Origin: Malacoraja senta
Taxonomy: Eukaryota
Direction of reading: 5' to 3'
Length of the DNA: 64,000 nt
Assembly: GCA_038087875.1 (NCBI GenBank)
Contig: JAXLNO010000511.1
Span: forward strand, 62,001 to 126,000
Numbering within the stretch: position 1 is the stretch's first letter; each line of letters starts with the position of its first letter. Shown in pieces: positions 47,401-61,116 of the stretch. The notes beneath the pieces were generated by a model that made no database searches, had not been told where the DNA came from, and saw only the letters and a program-made list of their open reading frames with translations. A program made the translations under genes and the position numbers.

Positions 47401-50400
47401 CTTCATTTTCATCACTTCTCGCGTGCTTCATTTTCATCACTTTTCGCATAATGAAGGTTCGTCGCTTTTGCCATGCTAAATATTCGTTGCTTTTCCCGTG
47501 CTTCATTTTCATCGATTTTCGCTTCCTGAAGTTTCGTCGCTTTTCGCGTCCTGAATTTACGTCGCTTTTCGTGTGCTGAATTTTCATCACTTTTTGCATG
47601 CTGTATTTTTGTAGATTTTCGCATGCTGAATTTTCGTCACTTTTCATGTGCTGAAAGCTCGTCACTTTTCATGCGCTGAATTTTTATTGCTTTCCACAGG
47701 CAGATTTTTCGTCGATTTCCCCATGCTTCATTTTCATCGCTTTTCGCGTCCTGAAGGTTCGTCGCTTTTTACATGCTGAATTTTCGTCGATTTTCGCATG
47801 CTGAATTTTTGGCGTTTTTCGCGTGTTGAATTTTGGTCACTTTTCTCGTTCTGAAATGTCATCACTTTTCGCGTGCTGAATTATTGTAGCTTTTCACGTG
47901 CTGAAGGTTCATCATTTTTGACGTGCTGAATTTTCATCGCCTTTCGCTGGGTGAGATTTGCGTCGCTTTTCATGTGCTGAAATTTTGTCGCTTTTCATGT
48001 CCTGAATTTACATTGATTTTTGTGTGCTGAATTGTCATCGCTTTTTGAATGCTGTATTTTTGTAGATTTTCGCATGCTAAATTTTCGTCACTTTTCGCGT
48101 GCTGAAAGCTCGTCACTTTTCATGTGCTGAATTTTTATCGCTTTGCGCAGGCTGATTTTTCGTCGATTTTCACGTGCTTCATTTTCATCGCTTTTCGTGT
48201 CCTGAAGGTTTGTCGCTTTTCGCATGCTGAAGTTTCGTCAATTTTCGCATCCTGAATTTACGTCGCTTTTTGTGTGCTGAATTTTCGTCGCTTTTCACAT
48301 TCTGAAATTTCGTCACTTTGAGCATGCTGAATTTTCGTCGCTTTTCGCGTGATGATTTTTTGTTGCTTTTCGCATGCTGAATTGTCGTCGCTTTTCCCGT
48401 GCTGAATTTTCGTCGATTTTCTCTTTCTGAAATTTCCTTACTTTTCGCGTGCTGAATTTACGTCGCTTTTCGCGTCCTGGTTCATCACTTTTGTCCTGCT
48501 GAATTTTCATCACTTTTCGCAGGCTGAGCTTTCGTCGCTTTTCACGTGCTGAAGGTTCATCATTTTTGACATGCTGAATTCTCATCGCTTTTCGCTGGCT
48601 AAATTTTCGTCGCTTTTCATGTACTTAAATATTGTTGCTTTGCACGTGCTGAGATTTTCATCGCTTTATGTGTCCCGATGTTTTGTTGCTTTCCATGTCC
48701 TGAATTTACGTCGCTTTTTGTGTGCTGAATTTTCATCGCTTTTTGCATGCTGTATTTTTGTAGATTTTCGCATGCTGAATTCTCGTCACTTTTCGCGTGC
48801 TGAAAGCTTGTCACTTCTGATGTGCTGCATTTTTATCGCTTTGCACAGGCAGATTTTTCGTTGATTTCCCCGTGCTTCATTTTCATCGCTTTTCGCGTCC
48901 TGAAGGTTCATCACTTTTTGCATGCTTAATTTTTGTCACTTTTCGAATGCTGAATTTTCGTCGCCTTTCACATGCTTCATTTTCATCACTTTTCGTGTGC
49001 TTCATTTTCATCACTTTTCGCATACTGAAGGTTCGTCGTTTTTAGCATGCTCAATTCATGTCGCTTTTCCCATGCTTCATTTTCATCGCTGTTCGCATCC
49101 TGAAGGTTCGTCGCTTTTTCCATGCTGAATGTTCGTCGATTTTCGCATGCTGAATTTTCGGCGCGTTTTGCGGGTTGAATTTTTGTCGCTTTTCTCATTC
49201 TGAAATTTCATCACTTTTCGCATGCTGAATTATCGTAGCTTTTCACGTGCTGAAGGTTCATTTTTGACGTGCTGAATTTTCATCACCTTTCGCAGGCTGA
49301 AATTTCGTCGCTTTTCATGTGCTGAAATTTTGTCGCTTTGCACGTGCTGAGATTTGCGTCGCTTTATGTCCCGATGTTTTGTTGCTTTTTGCGTCCTGAA
49401 TTTACATTGATTTTTGTGTGCTGAATTTTCATCGCTTTTTGAATGCTGTATTGTTGTAGATTTTTGCATGCTAAATTTTCGTCACTTTTCACGTGCTGAA
49501 TTTTCATCGCTTTTCGCTGGCTGAATTTTCGTCGCTTTTCATGTACTTAAATATTGTCGCTTTGCACGTGCTGAGATTTTCATCGCTTTATGTGTCCCGC
49601 TGTGTTGTTGCTTTCCATGTCCTGAATTTACGTCGCTTTTTGTGTGCTGAATTTTCATCGCTTTTTGCATGCTGTATTTTTGTAGATTTTCGCATGCTGA
49701 ATTCTCGTCACTTTTCGCGTGCTGAAAGCTTGTCACTTCTGATGTGCTGAATTTTTATCGCTTTGCACAGGCAGATTTTTCGTTGATTTCCCCGTGCTTC
49801 ATTTTCATCGCTTTTCGCGTCCTGAAGGTTCATCACTTTTTGCATGCTTAATTTTTGTCACTTTTCGAATGCTGAATTTTCGTCGCCTTTCACATGCTTC
49901 ATTTTCATCACTTTTCGTGTGCTTCATTTTCATCACTTTTCGCATACTGAAGGTTCGTCGTTTTTAGCATGCTCAATTCATGTCGCTTTTCCCATGCTTC
50001 ATTTTCATCGCTTTTCGCATCCTGAAGGTTCGTCGCTTTTTACATGCTAAATGTTCGGCGATTTTCGCATGCTGAATTTTCGGCGCTTTTTGCGGGTTGA
50101 ATTTTTGTCGCTTTTCTCGTTCTGAAATTTCATCACTTTTCGAATGCTGAATTATCGTAGCTTTTCACGTGCTGAAGGTTCATTTTTGACGTGCTGAATT
50201 TTCATCACCTTTCGCAGGCTGAAATTTCGTCGCTTTTCATGTGCTGAAATTTTGTCGCTTTGCACGTGCTGAGATTTGCGTCGCTTTATGTGTCCCGATG
50301 TTTTGTTGCTTTTCGCGTCCTGAATTTACATTGATTTTTGTGTGCTGAATTTTCATCGCTTTTTGAATGCTGTATTGTTGTAGATTTTTGCATGCTAAAT

Positions 50401-53400
50401 TTTCGTCACTTTTCACGTGCTGAATTTTCGTCGCTTTTCATGTTCTGAAATTTCATCACTTTTTGCATGCTGAATTTTCGTTGCTTTTTGCGTGCTGAAT
50501 TTTTGTTGCTTTTCGCATCCTGAATATTCGTTGCATTTCGCCTGCTGAATTTTCCTCACTTTTCGCGTGCTATATTTTCATCGATTTTCGTGTCCTGAAA
50601 GCTCTTCACTTTTCATGTGCTGAATTTTTATCACTTTGCGCAGGCTGATATTTCGTCGATTTTCCTGTGCTTCAATTTCATCGTTTTTTTGCATCCTGAA
50701 GGTTCGTCACTTTTCACGTGCTGAATTTTTGTCACTTTATGCATGCTGAATTTTCGTCGCCTTTCACGTGCTTCATTTTCATCGCTTTTCGCGTGCTTCA
50801 TTTTCATTACTTTTCGCATACTGGTTCTTTGCTTTTACCATGCTAAATTTTCATAGCTTTTCCCTAGCTTCATTTTCATAACTTTTCGCATCCTGAAATT
50901 TCGTCGCTTTTCGCGTCCTGAATTTACGTAGCTTTTCGTGTGCTGAATTTTCGTCTCTTTCTGCGTGCTTCATTTTCATCACTTTTCGCATACTGAAAGT
51001 TCGTCGCTTTTAGCATTCTAAATTTTCGTCACTTTCCTGTGCTTCACTTTCATCGCTTTCGCATCCTGAACGTTCGTCGCTTTTCACGTGCTGTATTTTC
51101 ACTTTTTGCATGCTGAATATTCGTCGCTTTTCGCGTGCTTAATTTTTGTTGCTTTTCGCAATCTGAATTTTCATCGCATTTACTGTGCTTCATTTTCATC
51201 ACTTTTCACATCCTGAAGTTTCGTCGCTTATCGTGTCCTGAATTTACTTCGCTTTTCGTGTGCTGAATTTCCATCGCTTTTTGCGAGCTTCATTTTCATC
51301 ACTTCTCGCGTGCTTCATTTTCATCACTTTTCGCATAATGAAGGTTCGTCGCTTTTGCCATGCTAAATATTCGTTGCTTTTCCCGTGCTTCATTTTCATC
51401 GATTTTCGCTTCCTGAAGTTTCGTCGCTTTTCGCGTCCTGAATTTACGTCGCTTTTCGTGTGCTGAATTTTCATCACTTTTTGCATGCTGTATTTTTGTA
51501 GATTTTCGCATGCTGAATTTTCGTCACTTTTCATGTGCTGAAAGCTCGTCACTTTTCATGCGCTGAATTTTTATTGCTTTCCACAGGCAGATTTTTCGTC
51601 GATTTCCCCATGCTTCATTTTCATCGCTTTTCGCGTCCTGAAGGTTCGTCGCTTTTTACATGCTGAATTTTCGTCGATTTTCGCATGCTGAATTTTTGGC
51701 GTTTTTCGCGTGTTGAATTTTGGTCACTTTTCTCGTTCTGAAATGTCATCACTTTTCGCGTGCTGAATTATTGTAGCTTTTCACGTGCTGAAGGTTCATC
51801 ATTTTTGACGTGCTGAATTTTCATCGCCTTTCGCTGGGTGAGATTTGCGTCGCTTTTCATGTGCTGAAATTTTGTCGCTTTTCATGTCCTGAATTTACAT
51901 TGATTTTTGTGTGCTGAATTGTCATCGCTTTTTGAATGCTGTATTTTTGTAGATTTTCGCATGCTAAATTTTCGTCACTTTTCGCGTGCTGAAAGCTCGT
52001 CACTTTTCATGTGCTGAATTTTTATCGCTTTGCGCAGGCTGATTTTTCGTCGATTTTCACGTGCTTCATTTTCATCGCTTTTCGTGTCCTGAAGGTTTGT
52101 CGCTTTTCGCATGCTGAAGTTTCGTCAATTTTCGCATCCTGAATTTACGTCGCTTTTTGTGTGCTGAATTTTCGTCGCTTTTCACATTCTGAAATTTCGT
52201 CACTTTGAGCATGCTGAATTTTCGTCGCTTTTCGCGTGATGATTTTTTGTTGCTTTTCGCATGCTGAATTGTCGTCGCTTTTCCCGTGCTGAATTTTCGT
52301 CGATTTTCTCTTTCTGAAATTTCCTTACTTTTCGCGTGCTGAATTTACGTCGCTTTTCGCGTCCTGGTTCATCACTTTTGTCCTGCTGAATTTTCATCAC
52401 TTTTCGCAGGCTGAGCTTTCGTCGCTTTTCACGTGCTGAAGGTTCATCATTTTTGACATGCTGAATTCTCATCGCTTTTCGCTGGCTAAATTTTCGTCGC
52501 TTTTCATGTACTTAAATATTGTTGCTTTGCACGTGCTGAGATTTTCATCGCTTTATGTGTCCCGATGTTTTGTTGCTTTCCATGTCCTGAATTTACGTCG
52601 CTTTTTGTGTGCTGAATTTTCATCGCTTTTTGCATGCTGTATTTTTGTAGATTTTCGCATGCTGAATTCTCGTCACTTTTCGCGTGCTGAAAGCTTGTCA
52701 CTTCTGATGTGCTGCATTTTTATCGCTTTGCACAGGCAGATTTTTCGTTGATTTCCCCGTGCTTCATTTTCATCGCTTTTCGCGTCCTGAAGGTTCATCA
52801 CTTTTTGCATGCTTAATTTTTGTCACTTTTCGAATGCTGAATTTTCGTCGCCTTTCACATGCTTCATTTTCATCACTTTTCGTGTGCTTCATTTTCATCA
52901 CTTTTCGCATACTGAAGGTTCGTCGTTTTTAGCATGCTCAATTCATGTCGCTTTTCCCATGCTTCATTTTCATCGCTTTTCGCATCCTGAAGGTTCGTCG
53001 CTTTTTCCATGCTGAATGTTCGTCGATTTTCGCATGCTGAATTTTCGGCGCGTTTTGCGGGTTGAATTTTTGTCGCTTTTCTCATTCTGAAATTTCATCA
53101 CTTTTCGCATGCTGAATTATCGTAGCTTTTCACGTGCTGAAGGTTCATTTTTGACGTGCTGAATTTTCATCACCTTTCGCAGGCTGAAATTTCGTCGCTT
53201 TTCATGTGCTGAAATTTTGTCGCTTTGCACGTGCTGAGATTTGCGTCGCTTTATGTCCCGATGTTTTGTTGCTTTTTGCGTCCTGAATTTACATTGATTT
53301 TTGTGTGCTGAATTTTCATCGCTTTTTGAATGCTGTATTGTTGTAGATTTTTGCATGCTAAATTTTCGTCACTTTTCACGTGCTGAATTTTCATCGCTTT

Positions 53401-54290
53401 TCGCTGGCTGAATTTTCGTCGCTTTTCATGTACTTAAATATTGTCGCTTTGCACGTGCTGAGATTTTCATCGCTTTATGTGTCCCGCTGTGTTGTTGCTT
53501 TCCATGTCCTGAATTTACGTCGCTTTTTGTGTGCTGAATTTTCATCGCTTTTTGCATGCTGTATTTTTGTAGATATTCGCATGCTGAATTCTCGTCACTT
53601 TTCGCGTGCTGAAAGCTTGTCACTTCTGATGTGCTGAATTTTTATCGCTTTGCACAGGCAGATTTTTCGTTGATTTCCCCGTGCTTCATTTTCATCGCTT
53701 TTCGCGTCCTGAAGGTTCATCACTTTTTGCATGCTTAATTTTTGTCACTTTTCGAATGCTGAATTTTCGTCGCCTTTCACATGCTTCATTTTCATCACTT
53801 TTCGTGTGCTTCATTTTCATCACTTTTCGCATACTGAAGGTTCGTCGTTTTTAGCATGCTCAATTCATGTCGCTTTTCCCATGCTTCATTTTCATCGCTT
53901 TTCGCATCCTGAAGGTTCGTCGCTTTTTACATGCTGAATGTTCGGCGATTTTCGCATGCTGAATTTTCGGCGCTTTTTGCGGGTTGAATTTTTGTCGCTT
54001 TTCTCGTTCTGAAATTTCATCACTTTTCGAATGCTGAATTATCGTAGCTTTTCACGTGCTGAAGGTTCATTTTTGACGTGCTGAATTTTCATCACCTTTC
54101 GCAGGCTGAAATTTCGTCGCTTTTCATGTGCTGAAATTTTGTCGCTTTGCACGTGCTGAGATTTGCGTCGCTTTATGTGTCCCGATGTTTTGTTGCTTTT
54201 CGCGTCCTGAATTTACATTGATTTTTGTGTGCTGAATTTTCATCGCTTTTTGAATGCTGTATTGTTGTAGATTTTCGCATGCTAAATTTT
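41450..54290 (+). repeat. Higher-order repeat array, 3,887-bp unit (~155 monomers), ~3.3 near-identical copies; first copy 3,812 bp
   Basis: Identical ORF sets at 41531/45343/49230/53117, 42932/46744/50631 and 44426/48313/52200. Confidence 0.92.
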
Positions 54291-57200
54291 CGTCACTTTT
54301 CACGTGCTGAATTTTTATCGCTTTGCGCAGGCTGATATTTCGTCGATTTTCCTGTGCTTCAATTTCATCGCTTTTGCATCCTGAAGGTTCGTCACTTTTC
54401 ACGTGCTGAATGTTTGTCACTTTACGCATGCTGAATTTTCGTTGCCTTTCACGTGCTTCATTTTCATCGCTTTTCGCGTGCTTCATTTTCATTAGTTTTC
54501 GCATACTGGTTCTGCTTTTACCATGCTAAATTTTCATAGCTTTTCCCTAGCTTCATTTTCATCACTTTCCGCATCCTGAAATTTCGTCGCTTTTCGCGTC
54601 CTGAATTTACGTAGCTTTTCGTGTGCTGAATTTTCGTCGCTTTATGCGTGCTTCATTTTCATCACTTTTCGCATACTGAAAGTTCGTCGCTTTTAGCATT
54701 CTAAATTTTCGTCACTTTTCCCGTGCTTCATTTTCATCGCTTTCGCATCCTGAACGTTCGTCGCTTTTCACGTGCTGTATTTTCACTTTTTGCATGCTGA
54801 ATATTCGTCGCTTTTCGCGTGCTGAATTTTTGTCGCTTTTCGTAATCTGAATTTTCATCGCATTTACTGTGCTTCATTTTCATCGCTTTTCGTGCCCTGA
54901 ATGTTCCTCACTTTTCGCGTGCTGAATTTTTGTCACTTTTCGAATGCTGAATTTTCATCGCCTTTCGCGTGCATCATTTTCATTGCCTTTAGCGTGCTTC
55001 ATTTTCATCACTTTTCACGTCCTGAAGTTTCGTCGCTTATCGTGTCCTGAATTTACTTCGCTTTTCGTGTGCTGAATTTCCATCGCTTTTCGCGAGCTTC
55101 ATTTTCATCACCTCGCGTGCTTCATTTTCATCACTTTTCGCATACTGAAGGTTCGTCGCTTTTACCATGCTAAATATTCGTTGCTTTTCCCGTGCTTCAT
55201 TTTCATCGATTTTCGCATCCTGAAGTTTCGTCGCTTTTCGCGTCCTGAATTTACGTCGCTTTTCGTGTGCTGAATTTTCATCACTTTTTGCATGCTGTAT
55301 TTTTGTAGATTTTCGCATGCTGAATTTTCGTCACTTTTCGCGTGCTGAAAGCTCGTCACTTTTCATGTGCTAAATTTTTATCGCTTTCCACAGGCAGATT
55401 TTTCGTCGATTTCCCCATGCTTCATTTTCATCGCTTTTCGCGTCCTGAAGGTTCGTCGCATTTTACATGCTGAATTTTCGTCGATTTTCGCATGCTGAAT
55501 TTTTGGCTTTTTTCGCGTGTTGAATTTTTGTCACTTTTCTCGTTCTGAAATGTCATCACTTTTCGCGTGCTGAATTATCGTAGCTTTTCACGTGCTGAAG
55601 GTTCATCATTTTTGACGAGCTGAATTTTCATCGCCTTTTGCTGGCTGAAATTTCGTCGCTTTTCATGTGCTGAAACTTTGTCGCTTTGCACGTGCTGAGA
55701 TTTGCGTCGCTTTATGTGTCCCGATGTTTTGTTGCTTTTTGCGTCTTGAATTTACATTGATTTTTGTGTGCTGAATTGTCATCGCTTTTTGAATGCTGTA
55801 TTTTTGTAGATTTTCGCATGCTAAATTTTCGTCACTTTTCGCGTGCTGAATTTTCGTCGCTCTTCACGTTCTGAAATGTCATCACTTTTTGCATGCTGAT
55901 TTTTCGTCGCTTTTTGCGTGCTGAATTTTTGTCGCTTTTTGCGTGTTGAATTTTCGTTGCTTTTCGCATCCTGAAGATACGTTGCATTTCGCCTGCTGAA
56001 TTTTCCTCACTTTTCGCGTGCTGAATTTTCGTCGATTTTCGTGTCCTGAAAGCTCTTCACTTTACATATGCTGAATTTTTATCGCTTTGCGCAGGCTGAT
56101 ATTTCGTCGATTTTCCCGTGCTTCAATTTCATCGCTTTTCGCATCCTGATGGTTCGTCACTTTTCGCGTGCTGAATTTTTGTCACTTTATGCATGCTGAA
56201 TTTTCGTTGCCTTTCACATGCTTCATTTTCATCGCCTTTCGCGTGCTTCATTTTCATCACTTTGCGCATCCTGAAGTTTCGTCGCTTTTGCATGCTCAAG
56301 TTTCGTCGCTTTTCGCATCCTGAAATGACTTTGCTTTGCGTGTGCTGAATTTTCGTCGCTTTTCGCGTGCATCATTTTCATTACTTTTCGCATACTGGTT
56401 CTTTGCTTTTACCACGCTAAATTTTCGTAGCTTTTCCCTAGCTTCATTTTCATCACTTTTCGCATCCTGAAATTTCGTCGCTTTTCGCGTCCTGAATTTA
56501 CGTCGCTTTTCGTGTGCTGAATTTTCGTCGCTTTATGCGTGCTTCATTTTCATCACTTTTCGCATACTGAAAGTTCGTCGCATTTAGCATTCTAAATTTT
56601 CGTCACTTTTCCCGTGCTTCATTTTCATCGCTTTCGCATCCTGAACGTTTTTCGGTTTTCACGTGCTGTATTTTCACTTTTCGCATGCTGAATATTTGTC
56701 GCTTTTCGCGTGCTGAATTTTTGTCGCTTTTCGCAATCTGAATTTTCATCGATTTCCTGTGCTTTATTTTCATCGCTTTTCGTGTCCTGAAGGTTTGTCA
56801 TTTTTTGTGTGCTAAATTTTTGTCACTTTAAGAATGCTGAATTTTCATCGCCTTTCGCGTGCTTCATTTTCATTGCCTTTCACGTGCTTCATTTTCATCA
56901 CTTTTCATGTCCTGAAGTTTCGTCGCTTATCATGTCCTGAATTTACTTTGCTTTTCGTGTGCTGAATTTCCATCGCTTTTCGTGAGCTTCATTTTCATTA
57001 CTTTTCGCGTGCTTCATTTTCATCACTTTTCGCATACTGAAGGTTCGTCGCTTTTACCATGCTAAATTTTCGTCGCTTTTCCCGTGCTTCATTTTCATCG
57101 CTTTTTGCATCCTGAAGTTGCGTCGTTTTTCGCGTCCTGAATTTACGTCGCTTTCCATGTGCTGAATTTTCGTCACATTTTGCGTGCTTCATTTTGTCAC

Positions 57201-59694
57201 TTTTCGCATACTGAAGGTTCGTCGCTTTTAGCATGCAAAATTTTCGTTGCTTTTCCCGTTCTTCATTTTCATCGCTTTCGCATCCTGAAGGTTCGTCGCT
57301 TTTCACGTGCTGTATTTTCGTCACTTTTCGCATGCTGAATATTCGTCGCTTTTCACATGCTGAATTTTCATCGCCTTTTGCGTGCTTCATTTTCTTCACT
57401 TTTTGCATCCTGAAGTTTCATCGCTTTTTGCATTCTGAAGTTTTGTCACTTTTCGCGTCCTGAATTTACGGCGCTTTTCGTGTGCTGAATTTTCGGCGCT
57501 TTTCGCGTGCTTCATTTTCATCATTTTTCGCATAGTAAAAGTCCGTCGCTTTTCGCATCCTGAAGATTCGTTGCATTTCGCCTGCTGAATTTCCCTCACT
57601 TTTCGCGTGCTGAATTTTCATCGATTTTTGTGTCCTGAAAGCTCGTCACTTGTCATGTGCTGAATTTTTATCGCTTTGCGCAGGCTGATTTTTTGTCGAA
57701 TTTCGTGTGCTGACGTTTCGTCGCTTTTCGCATCATGAATTTACGACGCTATTCATGTGCTGAATTATCGTTGCTTTTCGCGTGTTTCATTTTCATCACT
57801 TTTCGCATACTGAAGGTTCGTCGCTTTTCGCATGCTGAATTTTCGTCGATTTTCGCATGCTGAATTTTCATCACTTTTCGCGTGCTGAATTTTCATCACT
57901 TTTCACGTTCTGAAATTTCGTCACTTTTCGCGTGCTGAATTTTCATCACTTTTCGTGTCCTGAAGGTTGATCAGTTTGGCGTGCTGAATTTTCATCACTT
58001 TTCCCAGGCTGTTTTCGTCGCTTTTCACGTGCTGTATTTTTGTCACTTTTCGCATGCTGAATTTTCGTTGCTTTTCACATGCTGAAGTTTCGTCGCTTTT
58101 CGCATGCTGAAGTTTTGTCGCTTTTCGCGACCTGAATTTACGTCGCTTTTCGTGTGCTGAATTTTCGTCGCTTTTCGCGTGCTTCATTTTCATCACTTTT
58201 CGCATACTGGGTTCGTTGCTTTTAGCATGATGAATTTACGTCGATTTTCATCGCTTTTCGCATCATGAGGGTTCGTCGCTTTTCACGATGACTTTGTCGA
58301 TTTTTGCATGCTGAATTTTCGTCGCTTTTCGCATGCTGAATTTTCGTCGCTGGCTGAATTGTCCTCGCTTTTCATGTGCTGAAATATTGTCGCTTTGCAC
58401 GTGCTGAGATTTTCGTCACTTTATGTGTCCCGATGTTTTGTTGCTTTTTGCTTCCTGAATTTACGTTGGTTTTTGTGTGCTGAATTTTTGTAAATTTTCG
58501 CATGCTGAATTTTCATCGCTTTTCTCGTTCTGAAATTTCGTCACTTTTCGCGTGCTGAATTTTCGTTGCTTTTCTCGTGCTGAAGGTTCATCATTTTTGA
58601 CGAGCTGAATTTTCATCGCTTTTCGCTGGTTGAATTTTCGTCGCTTTTCATGTGCTGAAATTTTGTCGCTTTGCATGTGCTGAGATTTGCGTCGCTTTAT
58701 GTGTCCCGATGTTTTGTTGCTTTTCACGTCCTGAATTTACGTTTATTTTTGTGTGCTGAATTTTCATTGCTTTTTGCATTCAGTATTTTTGTAGATTTTT
58801 GCAAGCTAAACTTTCGTCACTTTTCGCGTGCTGAATTTTCGTCGCTTTTCACGTTCTGAAATGTCATCACTTTTTGCATGCTGAATTTTCGTCGTTTTTT
58901 GCGTGCTGAATTTTTGCGTGCTGAAGATTCGTTGCATTTCGCCTGCTGAATTTTCACACTTTTCGCATCCTGAAGATTCGTCGCATTTCACCTGCTGAAT
59001 TTTCCTCACTTTTCGCGTGCTGAATTTTCGTCAATTTTTGTGTCCTGAGAGCGCGTCACTTTTCATGTGCTGAATTTTTATCACTTTGCGCGGGCTGATT
59101 TTTCGTCGATTTTCGTGTGCTGAAGATTCATCATTTTTGACGTGCTGAATTTTCATCGCTTTTCGCTGGCTGAATTTTCGTCGCTTTTCACATTCTGAAA
59201 TTTCGTCACTTTTCGCATGCTGAATTTTCGTCGCTTTATGTGTCCCGATGTTTTGTTGCTTTTCACGTCCTGAATTTACGTTTATTTTTGTGTGCTGAAT
59301 TTTCATTGCTTTTTGCATTCAGTATTTTTGTAGATTTTTGCAAGCTAAACTTTCGTCACTTTTCGCGTGCTGAATTTTCGTCGCTTTTCACGTTCTGAAA
59401 TGTCATCACTTTTTGCATGCTGAATTTTCGTCGTTTTTTGCGTGCTGAATTTTTGCGTGCTGAAGATTCGTTGCATTTCGCCTGCTGAATTTTCCTCACT
59501 TTTCGCATCCTGAAGATTCGTCGCTTTTCACGTTCTGAAATTTCGTCACTTTTCGCATGCTGAATTTTCGGCGCTTTTGGCGTCCTGAATTTTTGTCGCT
59601 TTTCGCGTGCTGAATTGTCGTCGCTTTTCCCGTGCTGAATTTTCGTCGCTTTTCTCTTTCTGAAATTTTCATTACTTTTTGCGTGCTGAATTGT

Positions 59695-59887
59695 AATGGA
59701 AAAAGGGGACTGCTCCCCGAGTAATATAGGAGCGATTATTCTCTCTCCAATAAATCTGAATAATAAAAATTATAATAAAAATTCAATTATAAATAGCACA
59801 ATTAGAACTTGTAAACAAATAAAACAGAATCTAAAATTAAGAAACCTATCTCTCTCAATACCAATAGTTAATAACCCATCGTTTAAA
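59695..59887 (+). pseudogene. L1-clade ORF2 fragment, duplicate of 15845-16037
   Basis: Identical translation and identical satellite and CR1 junctions at offset 43,850. Confidence 0.85.
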
Positions 59888-60189
59888 TTTGGGAGCAACA
59901 GCAGCAGGAGATTAGCAAGAGATACGACTGATTGGCTCTAGCCCGAGTGGGAGGAGAGAAGTGAGTCAGTGCCGGGAAAACAGTTGAAAACTGAGGAATT
60001 TTGTTTGTAAATTGGTAAATCAGGCAATTTATCCGTCAATTTAAGCAAGACGGCTCTTAGCGAGCGGCAGTGAGTGAGCGGCCTTGTGAGGGAAGTGTGA
60101 GTCTTTGGCTCGAGAGTCTTCGGCGACGAGGCTGAGGAGAGGAGAGGAGACCACGCAATACGCTTGAGAGGTAGAGACGAAAGAAGGAG

Positions 60190-61116
60190 TTGTCAGGCAA
60201 GCTGATTCAGTGCGATGCTTGCAGTATGTGGGAGGTCAAGGACACCGCTGGTGCCTCTGGCTGCTACAAATGCGAGAAGTGCATCCAGGTAGAGCTCCTG
60301 AAGGGCCGTGTTGGGGAACTGGAGAAGCAAATGGATGACCTCCGGTTCGTCCGAGAAACGGAGTCGTTGCTCGACAAGTCCTACAGTACGATTGTTACAC
60401 CTAAGGTACTGGAAGAGAGAAGGTGGGAGACGGTGAGAAAGGGAGGGAAACATGGAATGCCAACGTCCCCGGGTGTGGTACCTCTTGTGAACAAGTTCAC
60501 CCACTTAGAAGCTGTTGGGACAGAAGACGTGTTTACACTGAGCGGCGGACTGGCTTGCGATGCGGATAGGGCTGTTGAGCCAAAACCAAAAAGGCCTAAG
60601 GCAGGCAACGCCATTGTAGTGGGAGACTCGATTGTGAGAGGTACGGACAGGGGTTTCTGTGGCAACAGACGGGATGCGAGGATGGTGTGCTGCCTTCCTG
60701 GTGCCAGGATCCAGGATGTCACGGACAGAGTGCAGAAAATCCTCGAGGGCGAAGGTGAACATCCGGAAGTGGTAGTGCATGTCGGCACAAACGATGTCGG
60801 AAAGAAGGGGATGAATATTCTGCAGCGTGACTTTAGAGAGCTCGGAAAAATGCTGAAAAGCAGGACCTCCAGGGTTGTTATCTCCGGTTTGCTTCCAGTT
60901 CCTCGTGCTGGCGAGAGCAGGAACAGGGAGATACGGGACCTGAACGTGTGGCTCAGGAACTGGTGCACGGGGCAGGGATTTAGATTCTTAGATCACTTGG
61001 ATCTGTTTTGGGGTAAGGGGGAACTGTACAAAAGGGACGCATTGCATCTTAACAGGTGTGGGACCAGCATTCTGGCAGGCAGGTTTCCCACTGCTACATG
61101 GGTGGTTTTAAACTGA
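60190..61116 (+). CDS. CR1 ORF1 protein (zinc finger + SGNH esterase), copy 2
   Basis: 308 aa, differing from copy 1 by one A-to-P change near the C-terminus. Same TTG start. Confidence 0.9.
   Translation: MSGKLIQCDACSMWEVKDTAGASGCYKCEKCIQVELLKGRVGELEKQMDDLRFVRETESLLDKSYSTIVTPKVLEERRWETVRKGGKHGMPTSPGVVPLVNKFTHLEAVGTEDVFTLSGGLACDADRAVEPKPKRPKAGNAIVVGDSIVRGTDRGFCGNRRDARMVCCLPGARIQDVTDRVQKILEGEGEHPEVVVHVGTNDVGKKGMNILQRDFRELGKMLKSRTSRVVISGLLPVPRAGESRNREIRDLNVWLRNWCTGQGFRFLDHLDLFWGKGELYKRDALHLNRCGTSILAGRFPTATWVVLN

Larger units (their letters stand above)
21845..59694 (+). repeat. 25-bp tandem satellite array, block 2
   Basis: Same monomer and orientation as block 1. Pure consensus runs occur at 24628-24712 and 27368-27452. 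Confidence 0.97.

Noticed and set aside
353..59318. Many short K/R-rich (-) and F/S-rich (+) ORFs in the satellite
   Set aside because: They are translations of the 25-bp repeat (25-aa period), with frequent stops and frameshifts and no domain signal.
124..59694. CRISPR-like array
   Set aside because: Monomers are directly adjacent with no unique spacers, there are no cas genes, and the context is eukaryotic LINEs.
124..59694. CENP-B box in the monomer
   Set aside because: TTCG is present but the required downstream A..CGGG is not in the consensus.
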